Part shown: piece by piece, positions 59,215 through 64,000 of the stretch
Layout of the letters: each line of letters opens with the position of its first letter
How positions within the stretch are numbered: position 1 is the first letter of the stretch
Origin: Macrostomum hystrix
Lineage: Eukaryota; Animalia; Platyhelminthes
Assembly: GCA_950097015.1 (NCBI GenBank)
Contig: CATNEN010000012.1
Span: 868,001-932,000, forward strand
Reading direction: 5' to 3'
Length of the DNA stretch: 64,000 nucleotides
Program-made: the position numbers and the translations under genes
Notes under the pieces: model-generated
The model's input: the letters and a program-made list of their open reading frames with translations, nothing else
Databases searched by the model: none
Told to the model about the DNA's origin: nothing

Positions 59215-62200
59215 CTTCTAAAACTAGAAAACTCCTTCCGAAACTAGAAAACTCCTTCCGAAACTAGAAAACTCCTTCCGAAACTAGAATACTCCTTCCG
59301 AAACTACAATACTCCTTCCGAAACTAGAATACTCCTTCCGAAACTAGAATACTCCTTCCGAAACTAGAATACTCCTTCCGAAACTAGAATATTCCTTCCG
59401 AAACTAGAATACTCCTTCCGAAACTAGAATACTCCTTCCGAAACTAGAATACTCCTTCCGAAACTAGAATACTCCTTCCGAAACTAGAATACTCCTTCCG
59501 AAACTAGAATACTCCTTCCGAAACTAGAAAACTCCTTCCGAAACTAGAATACTCCTTCCGAAACTAGAATACTCCTTCCGAAACTAGAATACTCCTTCCG
59601 AAACTAGAATACTCCTTCCGAAACTAGAATACTCCTTCCGAAACTAGAATATTCCTTCCGAAACTAGAATACTCCTTCCGAAACTAGAATACTCCTTCCG
59701 AAACTAGAATACTCCTTCCGAAACTAGAATATTCCTTCCGAAACTAGAATACTCCTTCCGAAACTAGAATACTCCTTCCGAAACTAGAATACTCCTTCCG
59801 AAACTAGAATACTCCTTCCGAAACTAGAATACTCCTTCCGAAACTAGAATACTCGTTCCGAAACTAGAATACTCCTTCCGAAACTAGAATACTCCTTCCG
59901 AAACTAGAATACTCGTTCCGAAACTAGAATACTCCTTCCGAAACTAGAATACTCCTTCCGAAACTAGAATACTCCTTCCGAAACTAGAATACTCCTTCCG
60001 AAACTAGAATACTCCTTCCGAAACTACGAGTAGAATACTCCTTCCGAAACTACGAGTAGAATACTCCTTCCGAAACTACAATATAACTTCCGAAACTAGA
60101 ATACTCCTTCCGAAACTAGAAAACTCCTTCCGAAACTAGAATACTGCTTTCCGAAACTAGAATACTCCTTCCGAAACTACAATATTCCTTCCGAAACTAG
60201 AATACTCCTTCCGAAACTAGAAAACTCCTTCCGAAACTAGAATACTCCTTTCCGAAACTAGAATACTCCTTCCGAAACTAGAATACTCCTTCCGAAACTA
60301 GAAAACTCCTTTCCGAAACTAGAATACTCCTTCCGAAACTAGAATACTCCTTCCGAAACTAGAATACTCCTTCCGAAACTAGAATACTCCTTCCGAAACT
60401 AGAATACTCCTTCCGAAACTAGAATACTCCTTCCGAAACTAGAAAACTCCTTCCGAAACTAGAATACTCCTTCCGAAACTAGAATACTCCTTCCGAAACT
60501 AGAATACTCCTTCCGAAACTAGAATACTCCTTCCGAAACTAGAATACTCCTTCCGAAACTAGAATACTCCTTCCGAAACTAGAATACTCCTTCCGAAACT
60601 AGAATACTCCTTCCGAAACTAGAATATTCCTTCCGAAACTAGAATACTCCTTCCGAAACTAGAATACTCCTTCCGAAACTAGAATACTCCTTCCGAAACT
60701 AGAATATTCCTTCCGAAACTAGAATACTCCTTCCGAAACTAGAATACTCCTTCCGAAACTAGAATACTCCTTCCGAAACTAGAATACTCCTTCCGAAACT
60801 AGAATACTCCTTCCGAAACTAGAATACTCCTTCCGAAACTAGAATACTCGTTCCGAAACTAGAATACTCCTTCCGAAACTAGAATACTCCTTCCGAAACT
60901 AGAATACTCGTTCCGAAACTAGAATACTCCTTCCGAAACTAGAATACTCCTTCCGAAACTAGAATACTCCTTCCGAAACTAGAATACTCCTTCCGAAACT
61001 AGAATACTCCTTCCGAAACTACGAGTAGAATACTCCTTCCGAAACTACGAGTAGAATACTCCTTCCGAAACTACAATATAACTTCCGAAACTAGAATACT
61101 CCTTCCGAAACTAGAAAACTCCTTCCGAAACTAGAATACTGCTTTCCGAAACTAGAATACTCCTTCCGAAACTACAATATTCCTTCCGAAACTAGAATAC
61201 TCCTTCCGAAACTAGAAAACTCCTTCCGAAACTAGAATACTCCTTTCCGAAACTAGAATACTCCTTCCGAAACTAGAATACTCCTTCCGAAACTAGAATG
61301 CTCCTTCCGAAACTAGAATACTCCTTCCGAAACTAGATTACTCCTTCCGAAACTAGAATACTCCTTTCCGAAACTAGAATACTCCTTCCGAACTAGAATA
61401 TTCCTTCCGAAACTACAATATTCCTTCCGAAACTAGAATACTCCTTCCGAAACTACGAGTAGAATACTCCTTCCGAAACTACAATATTCCTTCCGAAACT
61501 AGAATACTCTTTCCGAAACTAGAATACTCCTTCCGAAACTAGAATACTCCTTTCGAAACTAAAATACTCCTTCCGAAACTAGAATACTCGTTCCGAAACT
61601 AGAATACTCCTTCCGAAACTACGAGTAGAATACTCCTTCCGAAACTACGAGTAGAATACTCCTTCCGAAACTACAATATTCCTTCCGAAACTAGAATACT
61701 CCTTCCGAAACTAGAAAACTCCTTCCGAAACTAGAATACTCCTTTCCGAAACTAGAATACTCCTTCCGAAACTAGAATACTCCTTCCGAAACTAGAATAC
61801 TCCTTCCGAAACTAGAATACTCCTTCCGAAACTAGAATACTCCTTCCGAAACTAGAATACTCCTTCCGAAACTACGAGAAGAATACTCCTTCCGAAACTA
61901 GAATATTCCTTCCGAAACTACAATATTCCTTTCGAAACTAGAATACTCCTTCCGAAACTACGAGTAGAATACTCCTTCCGAAACTACAATATTCCTTCCG
62001 AAACTAGAATACTCTTTCCGAAACTAGAATACTCCTTCCGAAACTAGAATACTCCTTCCGAAACTAGAATACTCCTTCCGAAACTAGAATACTCCTTTCC
62101 GAAACTAGAATACTCCTTCCGAAACTAGAATACTCCTTCCGAAACTACGAGTAGAAAACTCCTTCCGAAACTACAATATTCCTTCCGAAACTACAATATT

Positions 62201-64000
62201 CCTTCCGAAACTAGAATACTCCTTTCCGAAACTAGAATACTCCTTTCCGAAACTACAATACTCCTTCCGAAACTAGAATACTCCTTTCCGAAACTAGAAT
62301 ACCCCTTCCGAAACTGGAATACTCCTTCCGAAACTAGAATACTCCTTCCGAAACTAGAATACTCCTTCCGAAACTACGAGTAGAATACTCCTTCCAAAAC
62401 TACAATATTCCTTCCGAAACTACAATACTCCTTCCGAAACTAGAATACTCGTTCCGAAACTAGAATACTCCTTCCGAAACTAGAATACTCCTTTCCGAAA
62501 CTAGAATACTCCTTCCGAAACTAGAATACTCCTTCCGAAACTACGAGTAGAAAACTCCTTCCGAAACTACAATATTCCTTCTGAAACTACAATATTCCTT
62601 CCGAAACTAGAATACTCCTTTCCGAAACTAGAATACTCCTTTCCGAAACTACAATACTCCTTCCGAAACTGGAATACTCCTTTCCGAAACTAGAATACTC
62701 CTTTCCGAAACTACAATATTCCTTCCGAAACTACAATATTCCTTCCGAAACTAGAATACTCCTTTCCGAAACTAGAATACTCCTTTCCGAAACTAGAATT
62801 CCCCTTCCGAAACTGGAATACTCCTTCCGAAACTAGAATACTCCTTCCGAAACTAGAATACTCCTTCCGAAACTACGAGTAGAATACTCCTTCCGAAACT
62901 ACAATATTCCTTCCGAAACTACAATATTCCTTCCGAAACTACAATACTCCTTCCGAAACTAGAAAACTCCTTCCGAAACTAGAATACTCCTTCCGAAACT
63001 AGAATACTCCTTCCGAAACTAGAATACTCCTTCCGAAACTAGAATACTCCTTCCGAAACTAGAATACTCCTTCCGAAACTAGAATATTCCTTCCGAAACT
63101 AGAATACTCCTTCCGAAACTAGAATACTCCTTCCGAAACTAGAATACTCCTTCCGAAACTAGAATACTCCTTCCGAAACTAGAATACTCGTTCCGAAACT
63201 AGAATACTCCTTCCGAAACTAGAATACTCCTTCCGAAACTAGAATACTCCTTCCGAAACTAGAATACTCCTTCCGAAACTACGAGTAGAATACTCCTTCC
63301 GAAACTAGAATACTTCTTCCGAAACTAGAATACTCCTTCCGAAACTAGAATACTCCTTCCGAAACTAGAATACTCCTTCCGAAACTAGAATACTCGTTCC
63401 GAAACTAGAATACTCCTTCCGAAACTAGAATACTCCTTCCGAAACTAGAATACTCTTTCCGAAACTAGAATACTCGTTCCGAAACTAGAATGCTCCTTCC
63501 GAAACTAGAATACTCCTTCCGAAACTAGAATACTCCTTCCGAAACTAGAATACTCCTTCCGAAACTAGAATACTCCTTCCGAAACTAGAATACTCCTTCC
63601 GAAACTAGAATACTCCTTCCGAAACTAGAATACTCCTTCCGAAACTAGAATACTCGTTCCGAAACTAGAATACTCCTTCCGAAACTAGAATACTCCTTCC
63701 GAAACTAGAATACTCGTTCCGAAACTAGAATACTCCTTCCGAAACTAGAATACTCCTTCCGAAACTAGAATACTCCTTCCGAAACTAGAATACTCCTTCC
63801 GAAACTACGAGTAGAATACTCCTTCCGAAACTACAATATTCCTTCCGAAACTACAATGTTCCTTCCGAAACTACAATATTCCTTCCGAAACTACAATGTT
63901 CCTTCCGAAACTACAATACTCCTTCCGAAACTAGAATACTCGTTCCGAAACTAGAATACTCCTTCCGAAACTACGAGTAGAATACTCCTTCCGAAACTAC
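59215..64000. repeat. Satellite/minisatellite, 20-bp unit CCTTCCGAAACTAGAATACT (>4.7 kb, intron 16, continues past window)
   Basis: Over 200 copies with recurrent variants (ACGAGTAG insertion, TACAATATT, CTCGTT). Confidence 0.98.

Overview
Eukaryotic (metazoan) genomic DNA: GC-rich exons separated by introns that are mostly filled with unrelated minisatellites. This organisation resembles a macrostomid flatworm genome such as Macrostomum (inference only). Three multi-exon genes could be assembled by hand with GT-AG splice sites and consistent intron phases. (1) A Tau/MAP2/MAP4-family gene (+, ~18.6-24.5 kb) with six microtubule-binding repeats, each in its own exon. (2) A SERBP1/Vig (HABP4/PAI-RBP1 family) RGG protein gene (-, 28096-37680). 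(3) A Piezo channel gene (+, 41499 to >59098; 16 exons, ~1980 codons, continuing past the window). Two exons of an unidentified minus-strand gene lie at the left edge, and a candidate 62-aa spliced ORF lies at 9.5-11.2 kb. Mobile DNA: an intact DD34D mariner (5760-7079), an intact Ty3/Gypsy LTR element with identical 197-bp LTRs inside SERBP1 intron 2 (28877-33824), a non-autonomous TIR element with an 8-bp TSD (38337-39100), a tRNA-headed CORE-SINE-like element (~55316) and several inverted-repeat remnants. No CRISPR arrays, rRNA or convincing functional tRNA. I found no clearly new multi-gene system. The most unusual points are the modular tau-like gene, the frameshift signal of the fresh retrotransposon and the array-per-intron architecture.
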